NCBI GenBank assembly: GCA_963845515.1
Contig: CAWJSR010000028.1
Coordinates: 96,001-160,000 of the forward strand
From: an uncultured delta proteobacterium
Lineage (GTDB): Bacteria > Myxococcota > Myxococcia > Myxococcales > Anaeromyxobacteraceae
DNA: 64,000 nt
Direction: 5' to 3'
Shown: positions 11,260-21,085 of the stretch, piece by piece
How the letters are laid out: every line of letters starts with the position of its first letter
Numbering within the stretch: position 1 is the stretch's first letter
Notes under the pieces: generated by a model
Databases searched by the model: none
Told to the model about the DNA's origin: nothing
What the model saw: the letters and a program-made list of their open reading frames with translations, nothing else
Translations under genes and position numbers: made by a program

Positions 11260-13005
11260 TCAGGCCCTCAGCACCTGCTTCTCCACGAGCCGCGCGTACA
11301 CGCCGCGCTGGGCGAGGAGCGCGCCGTGGGCGCCCTGCTCGGCGATCCGGCCGCCGTCGAGCACGACCACGCGGTCGGCGCCCACCACCGTCGAGAGCCG
11401 GTGAGCGATCACGACCGAGGTGCGGCCGCGCATGAGCCTCGTCAGGGCATCCTGGACCAGCGACTCCGACTCGGAGTCGAGCGCCGAGGTCGCCTCGTCC
11501 AGGAGCAGGATCCGCGGATCCTTCAGGAGCGCTCGCGCGATGGCGATCCGCTGCTTCTGGCCGCCGGAGAGCTGCTGGCCGCGCTCGCCGACCTTCGTCG
11601 CGAGGCCGTCCGGGAAGGCCATGACGAAGCCCTCGGCGTTGGCGGCGCGGATCGCGTCCCGCACCTCGACGTCGCTCGCGCCCGGGCGGCCGTACCGGAC
11701 GTTGTCGGCGATCGTGGTCGAGAAGAGGACCGGCTCCTGGGAGACGACGCCGACGAGCCGGCGCAGCCAGCCGGGGTCCAGCTCGCGCAGGTCGACGCCG
11801 TCGAGCGTGACCCGCCCCGCGACCGGGTCGTAGAGCCGCACGAGGAGCGCTCCGACCGTGGACTTGCCGGCGCCGGACGGGCCGACGAGCGCCACGGCCT
11901 CGCCCGGCCTCACCGCCAGATCGATGCCGCCGAGGACCTCCACGTCGGGGCGCGCCGGGTAGGAGAAGCGCACCCCCTCGAAGGCGACGCGCCCCTCGAC
12001 CCGGTCGAGCCGGCGCCCGCCGGCGATCGGCATGGCGGCGACCCGGTCGGTCAGCTGGAAGACCCGGTCCGCCGCGCCGAGCCCGCGCATCGCCTCCGCC
12101 CAGATGTCTGCCAGCGTCCCGAGCCCCATCGCGATCAGGAGCGTGTAGACGAGGAAGGCGGTGAGCGCGCCGGCGGTCATCTCCCCGGCGCCCACGAGGA
12201 GCCCGCCGTAGCCGAGCACCACGGCGATGGCCACGTAGACGCCCGCGGAGGCGGCGCCCATGAAGATCGCCGCCGCCCCGACGCGGGTCCGGGCGAGCCG
12301 GTAGGCGTGGTCGACCTCGGAAGAATACCGGGCCGACTCCGCCTCCTCGGCGGCGAAGGCGCGGACGGTCCGGATGGCGGAGAGCGACTCCTCGGCGGCG
12401 TGGCCCGCGTCGGCGAGCGCGTCCTGGTACCTCTTCGCGAGCGCCTTGATCTTCCGTCCGTAGATCACCGCGCCGATCGCCACCGCCGGGACGACGAGCA
12501 GCATCACGGCGGTGAGCCGCGCCGAGGTGACGATCAGCAGGGCGAGCCCGCCGACGACCTGGACGCCGTTCCGGAGCGCCATCGAGAGCTGCGAGGAGAG
12601 GAGCCCTTGCAGCGACGCGGTGTCGGTGCCGAGCCGGGAGGTGAGGTCGCCGGTCCGCTGCGCGTCGAAGAAGGCGATCTCCTGCCCGACGAGGGAGCGG
12701 AAGAGCGCCTCGCGGACCCGCTTCACGCCGCGCTCGCCCGCGACGGCGAAGAGCCAGGCCCGGCCGGCGACCGCCAGCCCCTGCACCACGGCCAGACCGA
12801 TCATGAGGAACGCTGCGTTGCGGACCGTGGAGGGGTCGCGCGACGCGACGGCGCCGTCGACGATGATCCTGATCCCCTGCGGATACGCGAGCGCCGCGGC
12901 GGAGCCGACGAGGAGCAGCAGCGTGGCGCCGACGAGGGAGGGCCACTCCAGCTTCAGGAGCGGCCAGAGCCGGCCGAGCGTGGCCGTGCGGGGGATGGAG
13001 GACAC
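11260..13005 (-). CDS. ABC transporter, fused permease/ATPase (ABCB/MdlA-like exporter)
   Basis: TM domain plus GPSGAGKS, LSGGQKQR, LLLDEATSALD. Confidence 0.92.
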   Translation of the reverse strand: MSSIPRTATLGRLWPLLKLEWPSLVGATLLLLVGSAAALAYPQGIRIIVDGAVASRDPSTVRNAAFLMIGLAVVQGLAVAGRAWLFAVAGERGVKRVREALFRSLVGQEIAFFDAQRTGDLTSRLGTDTASLQGLLSSQLSMALRNGVQVVGGLALLIVTSARLTAVMLLVVPAVAIGAVIYGRKIKALAKRYQDALADAGHAAEESLSAIRTVRAFAAEEAESARYSSEVDHAYRLARTRVGAAAIFMGAASAGVYVAIAVVLGYGGLLVGAGEMTAGALTAFLVYTLLIAMGLGTLADIWAEAMRGLGAADRVFQLTDRVAAMPIAGGRRLDRVEGRVAFEGVRFSYPARPDVEVLGGIDLAVRPGEAVALVGPSGAGKSTVGALLVRLYDPVAGRVTLDGVDLRELDPGWLRRLVGVVSQEPVLFSTTIADNVRYGRPGASDVEVRDAIRAANAEGFVMAFPDGLATKVGERGQQLSGGQKQRIAIARALLKDPRILLLDEATSALDSESESLVQDALTRLMRGRTSVVIAHRLSTVVGADRVVVLDGGRIAEQGAHGALLAQRGVYARLVEKQVLRA

Positions 13006-13113
13006 CCCGGGAGTCTAGTGCGCAGGCCCCGGCCCCGCACCCCGTACCCGGAAAACGAACCGCCTGCGCGCCGTTGGACGCGCAGGCGGTAGGACGACGG
13101 TCGAGCGGTGCTG

Positions 13114-13686
13114 CTACGGGATCTTCAGCTCGTTCGCGAGCTCGGTCGCCTTCGCGAGGAGATCCTTCGCGGCGGCGGTCGCGGCCGCTGCGTCGGTGGC
13201 GGCCTGCTCCTTGACCTTGGCGGCGGCGGCCTCGAGCTCGGCCACGCCGGCCTGGGCCTTCGCCACGACGTCCTTCGTGACGCCGGCCGGGAGCTTCTTC
13301 GCCTTGGCCAGCTCGGCCAGGCGGGCCTGCAGCGCCGTGATCTTCTCGCCGAGCTGCGCGGCGCCCTCCTCGGCGGCCTTCGCCAGCTCTTCCTTCCTGG
13401 CCTTGGCGGCGGCGATGATCCCCGCGGCCTTCCCGGGGAGCGCCTCGGCGGTGGCGCGCGCGCCCTTCCAGTCCTGCTTGGCGACGGCGGCCTTGGCGGC
13501 GGCGAGCTCGTCCTGGAACGCCTTCACCTGCTCGGGGGCGAACTTGGTCACCTCCGCGGTGAGCGTCGCGGCGGCGCCCTCGGCCGCCTTGAGGGCGGTC
13601 TCGGCGGGGAGCTTGTCCGGGTTGGTGCAGGCGACGGAGAGGAGGAACGGGACGACGGCCAGGGTCAGCTTGAGGGATCGGTTCAT
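13114..13686 (-). CDS. Ala/Lys-rich helical lipoprotein
   Basis: Lipobox LSVAC; coiled-coil-like composition; GGAG RBS upstream. Confidence 0.75.
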   Translation of the reverse strand: MNRSLKLTLAVVPFLLSVACTNPDKLPAETALKAAEGAAATLTAEVTKFAPEQVKAFQDELAAAKAAVAKQDWKGARATAEALPGKAAGIIAAAKARKEELAKAAEEGAAQLGEKITALQARLAELAKAKKLPAGVTKDVVAKAQAGVAELEAAAAKVKEQAATDAAAATAAAKDLLAKATELANELKIP

Positions 13687-13865
13687 TTTGGTGGGGTCTC
13701 CTTGAGGGCCGACAATCTACCGCTCCCGCCGGGGAGCGGAACGACCGATACGGGTGCATCGATCCGGCTTGGCGGTTATCACCGTCGGCGCTCCAGTTCC
13801 AGCGCTTGTTGACCGTGAGAGGGCGCATGTGCGCGGCTGCGCACCTTCGGCGCCTCGCGCCGCTG

Positions 13866-15426
13866 CTAGACCACCAGCTCGAAGCTGGTCCCGTCCGGGC
13901 CCCGTCCTGCAGGTGATCGTCCCGCGGTAGCGCTCCGCCACCGCCTTGACGATGGCGAGACCGAGCCCGGTGCCTCCGTCGTCCAGGCAGGTGGTGAAGA
14001 AGCGCTGAAAGAGCCGCTGCTGGTTGGCGGGGCTGATGCCGGTGCCGTGGTCGCGCACCTCGACCACCAGCCGCCCGTCCCGCCCATCCACCGTCACCTC
14101 GACCGGCGCTCCGCTCCGGTAGCGGACCGCGTTCTCGACGAGGTTCTGCACGGCCGAGTGGAGGTGGTCGGCGCCGACGGCGATCCGCGCCGGCGGCGAC
14201 TTCAGCGCGACGCGAACGGCGTCGCCGAACCGCTCCCCGAGCGAGGTGAAGAAGCTGGCCACGTCCACCTGCTCCGCTGCGTCGGGGGCGCTGCCGATCC
14301 GCGCGAGCTGCAGGAGCCGGTTGACGAGCCGCTCCATCCGCGCCGCGTCGACCTCGATGTTCGCGAGGAAGCGCTCCCGCTGGGAGCCGTCCATCGCCGC
14401 CCACTGCTCCTTCAGCAGCTCCGACGCTCCGCGGATCGCGGTGATCGGCCCCTTCAGCTCGTGGGTCGCGTCGGCCGCGAACTGGGCCACGTCGCGAGCC
14501 CTGTCGCGCAGCCGCTCGGTCATGGTCGCGATCGACTGGCGCAGCGACGCCACCTCGGACGGGGTCCACACCGAAGGCTCCGGCAGCGGCGCCGTGCCGC
14601 CCTGGGCGACGACGTCGGCGGCGCCGGCGAGGAGGCGCAGTGGGCGCGCGATGAGCGCGCCGAAGACGAGGCTCACGAGCAGCGCCGTGAACCCCGTGGC
14701 GCCGAGGGCGACGAGGAGGCCGCGGCGCGAGTGCCAGAGGGTGGTGAGCGCGTCGAGGCTGGTGCGCGACATCCGGACGACCGCCACCACGTCGCCGTCC
14801 GAGAAGACCGGCAGGGCGGTGAAGATCCGGATCGCGCCGCGGCTGCGGACGTCGGAGAGGGGAGGGAGCGGATCGTCCGTGACCCGCTGCCGCGCGACGG
14901 CCGAGTAGCGGCCGCCCAGGGCCGCCGCGACCTCTGGGAGGGCGGCGAGCGAGCGCCCCAGCTCGCCCCGGCTCGTGGCGACGACGCAGCCCCGCCCGTC
15001 GAGCACGCGCGCGGCGGAGAGGTTGAACACCTGCATCCGCTGCAGCAGCGGCTCGACCGAGCGCCCCGCGCGCCGGGTCGGAGCATCGGCTGGAGCGCAC
15101 TCGGGCAGGTCCGCGGGCTGCGGTGGCTCGACGCCCGAGGCGAGGTCGGTCACCGGCTCGACCGGGACGTACTGGTCGCCCGCCCGGGCGGGCGGGCGGA
15201 ACGGCGGTGGCTCCCCGAGGCGCCGCGCGGCGAGCCACTGCTCGCGCCACGCCTCGCCGATCAGGACCGACTGTGCGATCAGCTGCCGCTCGGTCTGGCG
15301 CACGAGCAGCGTGTCGTAGAGCCGCAGCCCCACGACCGCGACCAGCGGCGCGAGCAGGACGAAGAGGTTCGCGCCGAGCAGCCACCAGCGGAGCCGCGGG
15401 CCCGAGCGCGGCGCGACCCCCGTCAC
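13866..15426 (-). CDS. creC: CreC-like sensor histidine kinase (frameshift near the C-terminus)
   Basis: Two TM helices, HAMP; H-box THELKGPITAIRGASELL resembles CreC; NLVENAVRY, DHGTGI, GTGLGLAIV. Confidence 0.75.
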
Positions 15427-16115
15427 GCGGCCAGGTCCTCGCGCAGCCTGTAGCCGATTCCATAGACCGTCTCTATGGGGTCGGCGCCTGCGGCGGAGAG
15501 CTTCTGCCGGATCCGGCGGACGTGGCTGTCGATCGTCCGGTCGGTGATGGAGTGGCCAGGTCCCCAGGCCTTGTCCACGAGGTCATCGCGGCTGAAGACC
15601 CTGCCTGGCGCGCCCAGGAGCGCCCGCAGCAGCGCGAACTCGGTGACGGTGAGCACCACCTCGCGGCCGCCCCACGCGCAGCGATGACGGCCGAGATCCA
15701 TCTCGAGGGGGCCGCGCCGCAGGACCTCCGGTGCGGGCGCGGCGGCCGGCGGCTCGCGGAGGCGGCGCAGGACTGCGCGGACGCGGGCGAGCAGCTCGCG
15801 CGGGCTGAAGGGCTTGCTCAGGTAGTCGTCCGCCCCCAGCTCCAGCCCCAGCACCCGGTCGAGCTCGTCGTCACGGGAGGAGAGGAAGATGATCGGGAGG
15901 TTGCCCGTGCGACGGATCCGGCGGCAGACCTCGAGCCCGTCCGCCTCGGGCATCACGATGTCGAGGACGACGAGGTCGACCCCGCCCGCGGCGAGGCGGT
16001 CGCACGCCTCGCGCCCGTCGCGGGCCTCGACCACCTCGTAGCCGCCCTGCTGGAGCGCGAAGCGGACGACCTCGCGGATGTGGCCATCGTCGTCTGCCAC
16101 CAGGATTCGATCCAC
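15423..16115 (-). CDS. creB: OmpR-family response regulator (CreB-like)
   Basis: ILVADDD, LDIVMP, ADDYLSKPFSPREL, winged helix DRTIDSHVRRIRQKL...ETVYGIGY; overlaps the kinase start. Confidence 0.75.
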   Translation of the reverse strand: MDRILVADDDGHIREVVRFALQQGGYEVVEARDGREACDRLAAGGVDLVVLDIVMPEADGLEVCRRIRRTGNLPIIFLSSRDDELDRVLGLELGADDYLSKPFSPRELLARVRAVLRRLREPPAAAPAPEVLRRGPLEMDLGRHRCAWGGREVVLTVTEFALLRALLGAPGRVFSRDDLVDKAWGPGHSITDRTIDSHVRRIRQKLSAAGADPIETVYGIGYRLREDLAA

Positions 16116-16149
16116 CCATCACCTCCGGCCGCCGAACGGCAACCTCAGT

Positions 16150-17364
16150 CTACCGGTAGTAGCTGCTGGCCAGGTCGACCGTGTAGGCGATCTGGGCGCT
16201 CGCGAAGGACGAGACCAGCTGCTGGTGGAGGGCGACGGTCCTCCCCGGCGTCGGGATCTGCCACGCATACTCGACCGCCGGCGCCTCCTCGACGGCCGCG
16301 AGGCTTCCGCCCGACCAGCGGTACTCGAAGACGGACGGCAGGTGGAGCGTGACGAAGAGATCGTTCAATCCCCACTGCGGCCGGGGCAGCGTGAAGGCGA
16401 GGGTGCCGGAGAGCGGGTAGCCGCTCTGCGCCTCCGAGGTCACGAGCTCGACCGTCGCGGTCTGGTCGCCGGCCCGGGCAGCCTGGACGGGGAGGGAGAT
16501 CACGTCCCCCGCGCGGCTGAAGGGGCGCGCGGCGCCGTTCAGGAAGACCCGCTCGACCGCCTGCCCCTGGGGGAGCGTCACGGCGAACGACCGCTCTCCC
16601 TCGAAGCGGAGCCGGTAGACGACGCGGGCGATCCGCCGGCCGTCGAGCGTGGCAACGACGGAGGCGTGCCCCTCCGTGATCACCGGCTCCACCGGCGGCC
16701 GCACCGCACCTCGTTCTCTCGCCCGGACGCGCGGCCGCAGCTCCCAGGCGACGGCGATCCGGCCGTCGACGGGATGGGCCACCGCGCCGTCGCCGTCGTC
16801 GCGCAGCGCCGCGGAGGCGAGCCGGAAGAGGCTGTCGTCGTACTGGAGCTTGAGGGACGCGGGGCTGCCCGCAGGGACCACGACGCTCAGCCGGCGCGAG
16901 CGTCCGCTCGCCTCCGGGCGCTCCAGCCAGCGGACCTGGAAGGCGTAGGCGCCAGCCTTCCCTGCGACGAGGCAGAGCCAGCGGTCGACCACCGCGACCA
17001 GGCCGCCCTCGACCGCCGGCAGGCTCGCGAGCTGGGTTCCACGGCGCACCTCGAGGAGCGGGACCGTGACCCAGCCGTCTCCGACCACCGTGACCTCCAC
17101 CTGCGCGGTGACGTCGAGCCCGTCGCCGAGCAGCCGGCCGGCCAGCTCGAGCCTGTTGATCGTGGCGCGTACTGGCGGGGCCAGCGCCTTCGGGGTGTCG
17201 GCGCCCTCGCCGGCCCGCTTCAGCGCGAGCAGCTCGGCGAGCGGCAGCGTCACCGTGCCCGTGCCCGTGGCCGGGGCGGAAGCGCCGGGAGGGACGACGG
17301 TCGCCTCGGCGCGGACGGCCGCCGGCGCGATCAGCGCGAGGAGCAGCGCGACGCTACGCGACAT
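16150..17364 (-). CDS. Secreted hypothetical protein (about 404 aa) in the cre-like operon
   Basis: Signal peptide MSRSVALLLALIAPAAVRA; beta-rich body; coding-like codon bias. Confidence 0.7.
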   Translation of the reverse strand: MSRSVALLLALIAPAAVRAEATVVPPGASAPATGTGTVTLPLAELLALKRAGEGADTPKALAPPVRATINRLELAGRLLGDGLDVTAQVEVTVVGDGWVTVPLLEVRRGTQLASLPAVEGGLVAVVDRWLCLVAGKAGAYAFQVRWLERPEASGRSRRLSVVVPAGSPASLKLQYDDSLFRLASAALRDDGDGAVAHPVDGRIAVAWELRPRVRARERGAVRPPVEPVITEGHASVVATLDGRRIARVVYRLRFEGERSFAVTLPQGQAVERVFLNGAARPFSRAGDVISLPVQAARAGDQTATVELVTSEAQSGYPLSGTLAFTLPRPQWGLNDLFVTLHLPSVFEYRWSGGSLAAVEEAPAVEYAWQIPTPGRTVALHQQLVSSFASAQIAYTVDLASSYYR

Positions 17365-18605
17365 GCTCGGCTCCCTTCGGCTCGCCGACGAGGCCGAGCG
17401 CCTTCGAGCACGTGCAGCCCCTCCGGCCGCGCGGACGCCACCATCAGCGCCGCCAGGAGCCCGAGCGCCTCGAGCGTGTAGATGAGCCCCGTGTAGCCCT
17501 GGAGGATGACCGCCAGCGTGGGGACCGCGAGGCAGGAGGCGACCAGCCCGGCGACCGGCCTCCAGGCGCCGCGCGGCAGGAGGAGCGCCGCGTAACCGCA
17601 GAGGAGCCCCGAGGTGACTCCGAGCGCCAGGGCCCACGCCGCGTAGAAGTGCAGGTACGCGGCGAGGTAGGCGACCAGGACGAAGAAGAGGGCGTACGCG
17701 GCGGCGAAGAGGTAGCTCTCGAAGATCCTGGGCGGGCGCCCGTGGTGTAGGCGGAGGGCGACGAGCCCAGCGAAGAAGAGCAGGAACCCCGCCCAGCTCC
17801 TCGCGACGAAGGTGGCGATGATCGCGTCGAAGGACTTCTCGGACGGCAGCATGACGCCGATGGGTATGCCCGACTCCAGCGAGGCGAAGCGCCACTGGAG
17901 CCGCGTGACGTCGCCGGTCCGCTCCACGCTGGTCGCCGGGACCACGCCGTCGGCGTAGTCGAAGTTGTCCCCGCCGTGGATGTCGATCGTGAGGCCGACG
18001 TTCCGCGCCGGCGCGGCCGGATCCAGCGCGTACGTGAAGGCATCGAGACCGCGCCCATCGAAGGCGACCCGGAAGGCGAGCTGCTCCCCGGGCTTCAGGC
18101 GCCCGGTCCACAGGAGCTTGTCTCCCCCCTTCCCGAGCTCCACCGGCGCCGCCGCGCCGTTGACGTAGAAGGAGAGCCCCGAGAGGAGGACCCTGTTCTT
18201 CTCCAGGCTGATGGGGAAGACGAAGGCGACGTCGACGTCGCGGTCGAAGGGGTTCTGGGTGGAGTAGTCGCCGGTGAAGCGGAAGTCGAAGCCCGAGAAG
18301 TAGACGAGCCCTCGCTTGCGGTAGTTCATCGTCGCGTCGACCGCGACCACCTGGCGGGTGAGCGGCAGCGGCTCGAGCGCGTTGAAGACGGTGCCGGTGG
18401 GGACGTAGCGGACGGAGGGCATCGGCTGCCGGATGGGGGCGCCCCAGCGCTCCATGACGTCGCGGTGCAGCTCGCCGTCGGCGAAGCCGCGGCGATCGTT
18501 CATGCGGGCGACCAGCGCGCCCGACACGAGCAGCACGATGGCGAGGCTGCCCCAGAAGTGGAACCGGACCGGTTCGACGAGGAAGAGACGAAGGTACGTG
18601 AGCAC
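17331..18605 (-). CDS. creD: CreD-like inner membrane protein
   Basis: N-terminal TM, periplasmic domain with NYRKRGLVYF (compare CreD R.RG.Y), about 6 C-terminal TMs; upstream of creB/creC-like genes; GGAGG RBS. Confidence 0.65.
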   Translation of the reverse strand: MLTYLRLFLVEPVRFHFWGSLAIVLLVSGALVARMNDRRGFADGELHRDVMERWGAPIRQPMPSVRYVPTGTVFNALEPLPLTRQVVAVDATMNYRKRGLVYFSGFDFRFTGDYSTQNPFDRDVDVAFVFPISLEKNRVLLSGLSFYVNGAAAPVELGKGGDKLLWTGRLKPGEQLAFRVAFDGRGLDAFTYALDPAAPARNVGLTIDIHGGDNFDYADGVVPATSVERTGDVTRLQWRFASLESGIPIGVMLPSEKSFDAIIATFVARSWAGFLLFFAGLVALRLHHGRPPRIFESYLFAAAYALFFVLVAYLAAYLHFYAAWALALGVTSGLLCGYAALLLPRGAWRPVAGLVASCLAVPTLAVILQGYTGLIYTLEALGLLAALMVASARPEGLHVLEGARPRRRAEGSRACRVASRCSSR

Positions 18606-18705
18606 GCGACCACCTCCCGGCCGCCCTGGCTGCGAGACGCGGCGGCGACGGGATGGAGGCTAGCGGGCCGTCGTGGCGTGCCGAGGGCGGCGCGGCCTGG
18701 AGCCG

Positions 18706-18732
18706 GTGGAGAGGTCGTGCAGGAGTGGTGCA
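18706..18732 (-). promoter_or_regulatory. Cre-tag-like direct repeat TGCAC-N6-TGCAC-N6-TCCAC
   Basis: Half-sites at 18728-32, 18717-21 and 18706-10 with 11-bp period, about 100 bp upstream of the creD-like start; same layout as the TTCAC-N6-TTCAC CreB box. Confidence 0.55.
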
Positions 18733-18846
18733 GGCCGCCCCGGGCCCCTCGCGAGCCGGCGTTCCCCCCGGCCGGGCCGCCCCGGATCCCCGCTTGCGCG
18801 AGGCCGGCGCGGTGCCTAACGAACGGCAGACCCGGAGGTTCACGCC

Positions 18847-19254
18847 ATGAAGCGAATGCAGCGTCCAGCGTCTCTCGCAGTCGCCGCCCTCATGATGCTC
18901 GCCGCGGGGCCGGCGCTCGCCGATCACCACGCCGTCAAGATCTCGAAGAAGGATGGGATCGGGAGCTTCCTCACCGACGCGCAGGGGAAGGCGCTCTACA
19001 CGTTCAAGAGCGACATGCCCGGCATGAGCCACTGCGAGGGGGCGTGCGTCGAGAGCTGGCCCGTCTACTTCGCCGAGAAGGTCGAGACGAAGGAGGGCGT
19101 CGCGGCGAAGGACTTCGCGACCATCACGCGGGCCGACGGAAAGAAGCAGACGACCTACAAGGGGATGCCGCTCTACTACTTCGCCGGTGACAAGGCCGCG
19201 GGCGACACGAACGGCCAGGGGAAGCGCGACGCCTGGTACGTCGCGGCGCCGTAG
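18847..19254 (+). CDS. Secreted protein with Yx(FWY)xxD repeats (COG4315/Lipoprotein_15-like)
   Basis: LTDAQGKALYTFKSD, CEGACVESWP, YKGMPLYYFAGD...G...W. Confidence 0.85.
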   Translation: MKRMQRPASLAVAALMMLAAGPALADHHAVKISKKDGIGSFLTDAQGKALYTFKSDMPGMSHCEGACVESWPVYFAEKVETKEGVAAKDFATITRADGKKQTTYKGMPLYYFAGDKAAGDTNGQGKRDAWYVAAP

Positions 19255-19283
19255 GGCGGGCGCGGCCGGGCGGGCGAGTCTGC

Positions 19284-19322
19284 CCTCGCGGCGGGCACCC
19301 GTGGAGGGTGCCCGCCGCGAGG
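19284..19322. terminator. 17-bp perfect hairpin between convergent genes
   Basis: cctcgcggcgggcaccc-gtgga-gggtgcccgccgcgagg. Confidence 0.6.
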
Positions 19323-19332
19323 AGCGCGCGGG

Positions 19333-20502
19333 TCAGGTGTCGTCGAGGCCGTTGCAGTTGGAGTCGACGCCGTCTCCCGCCGTCTCGGTGGCGCCCGGGT
19401 AGATCGTGGCGTCCGTGTCGTTGCAGTCGCGATCGGTGTCCCAGTCCTGGGTGTAGTAGTAGTCGCGGTCGACGTCCTGGCCGTAGCTCACCCACGTCGG
19501 GGCGTAGTAGCCGACGTCTACGCCGGAAGCCGCCGAGTACTCGACGTAGAACGTCCTGGAGGCGGCCGTGTCGTTCTGTGCCCAGAGCGAGGGATAGTTC
19601 GTGCTCGAGTCGACCACCGTCGCGGCGTCCGAGTCGTAGAGCGTGGCGGCTAGCCCGCTGCTGCCGGCGACCTCGTCGTGGATGGTGGAGATCTCGATCG
19701 CCGTCCAGGCCGGAACGGAGATCCGGAACCAGTCGGTGTCGCCAGCCGGCGCGATGGTCCTGCCGTTCGCCCGCAGCACGGCGGTCATGTAGATGATCTC
19801 CGGGTCGCCGAGCGAGCCCTGCATGGTCTTCGCGCTCGCGGCGGTGCCGTCGCTCTCGGCGGAGTCGGCGACGCTGCCGTCGGGGGTGTCGAGGCCGTCG
19901 CAGTCCTGGTCGATCCCGTCGTCGGCGGTCTCGCTCGCCTCCGGGTAGGCGGTGCCGTCGGCGTCGTTGCAGTCGTAGTAGGTCGAGTACGCGTCGCCGT
20001 CCGCGTCGACGAAGATGCGCGCACCGAGCGTGTAGCGCGCGACGCCGACGCCGTCCGCATTCCTGGCGTTGTTGTAGGTCGTCCCCCTCAGGTAGTAGGT
20101 GCCGCTGGTGGTGGGCGTGAAGACGATGTTGGAGTCGAGCCACAGGAAGTCGTCGCTCTCGTCGAGCAGCGTCGTGCCGTCGATGTCGTAGAGGTAGAGG
20201 TACGTGTCGCAGTTGGCCGAGAGCCGGTTGGCCGAGAACTCGTACGTGGTGTCCGCGACGAGCGTCACCTTCACCCAGTCGACGTCGCCGTCCGGGAAGA
20301 AGCTGCGAACCTGGGTCGCGCCCACCGCGATGGCGCCGGCGGTGGCCATCGTGTCGTCGCCAGCGCCCGCGTCGAAGGAGTCCGGCGAGGTCGGGTAGGC
20401 GAGCGGGTTGGCGGGCTTCGAGCTGCTGCCTCCGTCTCCGCCACACGCAGCGAGCGCTGCTGCGGCGAGGAGGGTGCTGGCGAGTCTGACGGGCTGGTTC
20501 AT
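19333..20502 (-). CDS. Acidic lipoprotein with PPC-like domains and two MopE-like putative metal-binding motifs
   Basis: Lipobox LAAC; GDVDW/GDTDW; DCND....YP.A.E...DG.D..C.G occurs twice. Confidence 0.75.
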   Translation of the reverse strand: MNQPVRLASTLLAAAALAACGGDGGSSSKPANPLAYPTSPDSFDAGAGDDTMATAGAIAVGATQVRSFFPDGDVDWVKVTLVADTTYEFSANRLSANCDTYLYLYDIDGTTLLDESDDFLWLDSNIVFTPTTSGTYYLRGTTYNNARNADGVGVARYTLGARIFVDADGDAYSTYYDCNDADGTAYPEASETADDGIDQDCDGLDTPDGSVADSAESDGTAASAKTMQGSLGDPEIIYMTAVLRANGRTIAPAGDTDWFRISVPAWTAIEISTIHDEVAGSSGLAATLYDSDAATVVDSSTNYPSLWAQNDTAASRTFYVEYSAASGVDVGYYAPTWVSYGQDVDRDYYYTQDWDTDRDCNDTDATIYPGATETAGDGVDSNCNGLDDT

Positions 20503-20614
20503 GGGCTCTCCTGATCCTGGTGGGGACAGTAGAGAGCATCCGGCGACGCGGCGCGCGTCGCGTCAGCGCGGGACAGGGCCTGGCGTGTGGGTGTGGCGTG
20601 GAGCGTGTGGGCGC

Positions 20615-21058
20615 CTACCGCCGCGCCTGCCGCTGCCAGTGGCCCGAGCGGCCGCCCTTCTTCTCGAGGAGCGTGACCTCCACGATCCGCATCCCCTTCT
20701 CGTGGCGCTTGAGCATGTCGTAGATGGTGAGGCAGGCCGCGGTGACCGCGGTGAGCGCCTCCATCTCGACGCCGGTCCGGTCGACGGTCCGGACGGTGGA
20801 CGTCACCTCGAGCCCCCTGGCGCGTGAGCGGACCTCGAGCTCCACGCCGGAGAGGGAGATCGGGTGACAGAGCGGGATCAGGTCCGGCGTCCGCTTGGCG
20901 GCCATGACGCCGGCGATCCGGGCGGCGGCGACGACGTCCCCCTTCTCGACCTCGCCGCGCCTGACGAGCGCGAGCGTGGCGCGGGACATCTCGACGAAGC
21001 CACGGGCGACGGCCACCCGCTCGGTTGCCGGCTTCGCGCCGACGTCGATCATCCTCAT
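20615..21058 (-). CDS. moaC: Cyclic pyranopterin monophosphate synthase MoaC
   Basis: MIDVGAK, KGDV, LIPLCHP, TGVEMEAL, YDMLK, KKGGRSG. Confidence 0.95.
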   Translation of the reverse strand: MRMIDVGAKPATERVAVARGFVEMSRATLALVRRGEVEKGDVVAAARIAGVMAAKRTPDLIPLCHPISLSGVELEVRSRARGLEVTSTVRTVDRTGVEMEALTAVTAACLTIYDMLKRHEKGMRIVEVTLLEKKGGRSGHWQRQARR

Positions 21059-21085
21059 GTGAAGGCTCTCCCCGGACGCCGGGGC

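Noticed and set aside
11201..15463. 1420-aa ORF and other long Arg/Pro/Gly-rich ORFs (e.g. 23214..25919, 28575..30956, 44930..47227)
   Set aside because: These are shadow frames of real genes in high-GC DNA, with no motifs and the wrong codon-position bias.
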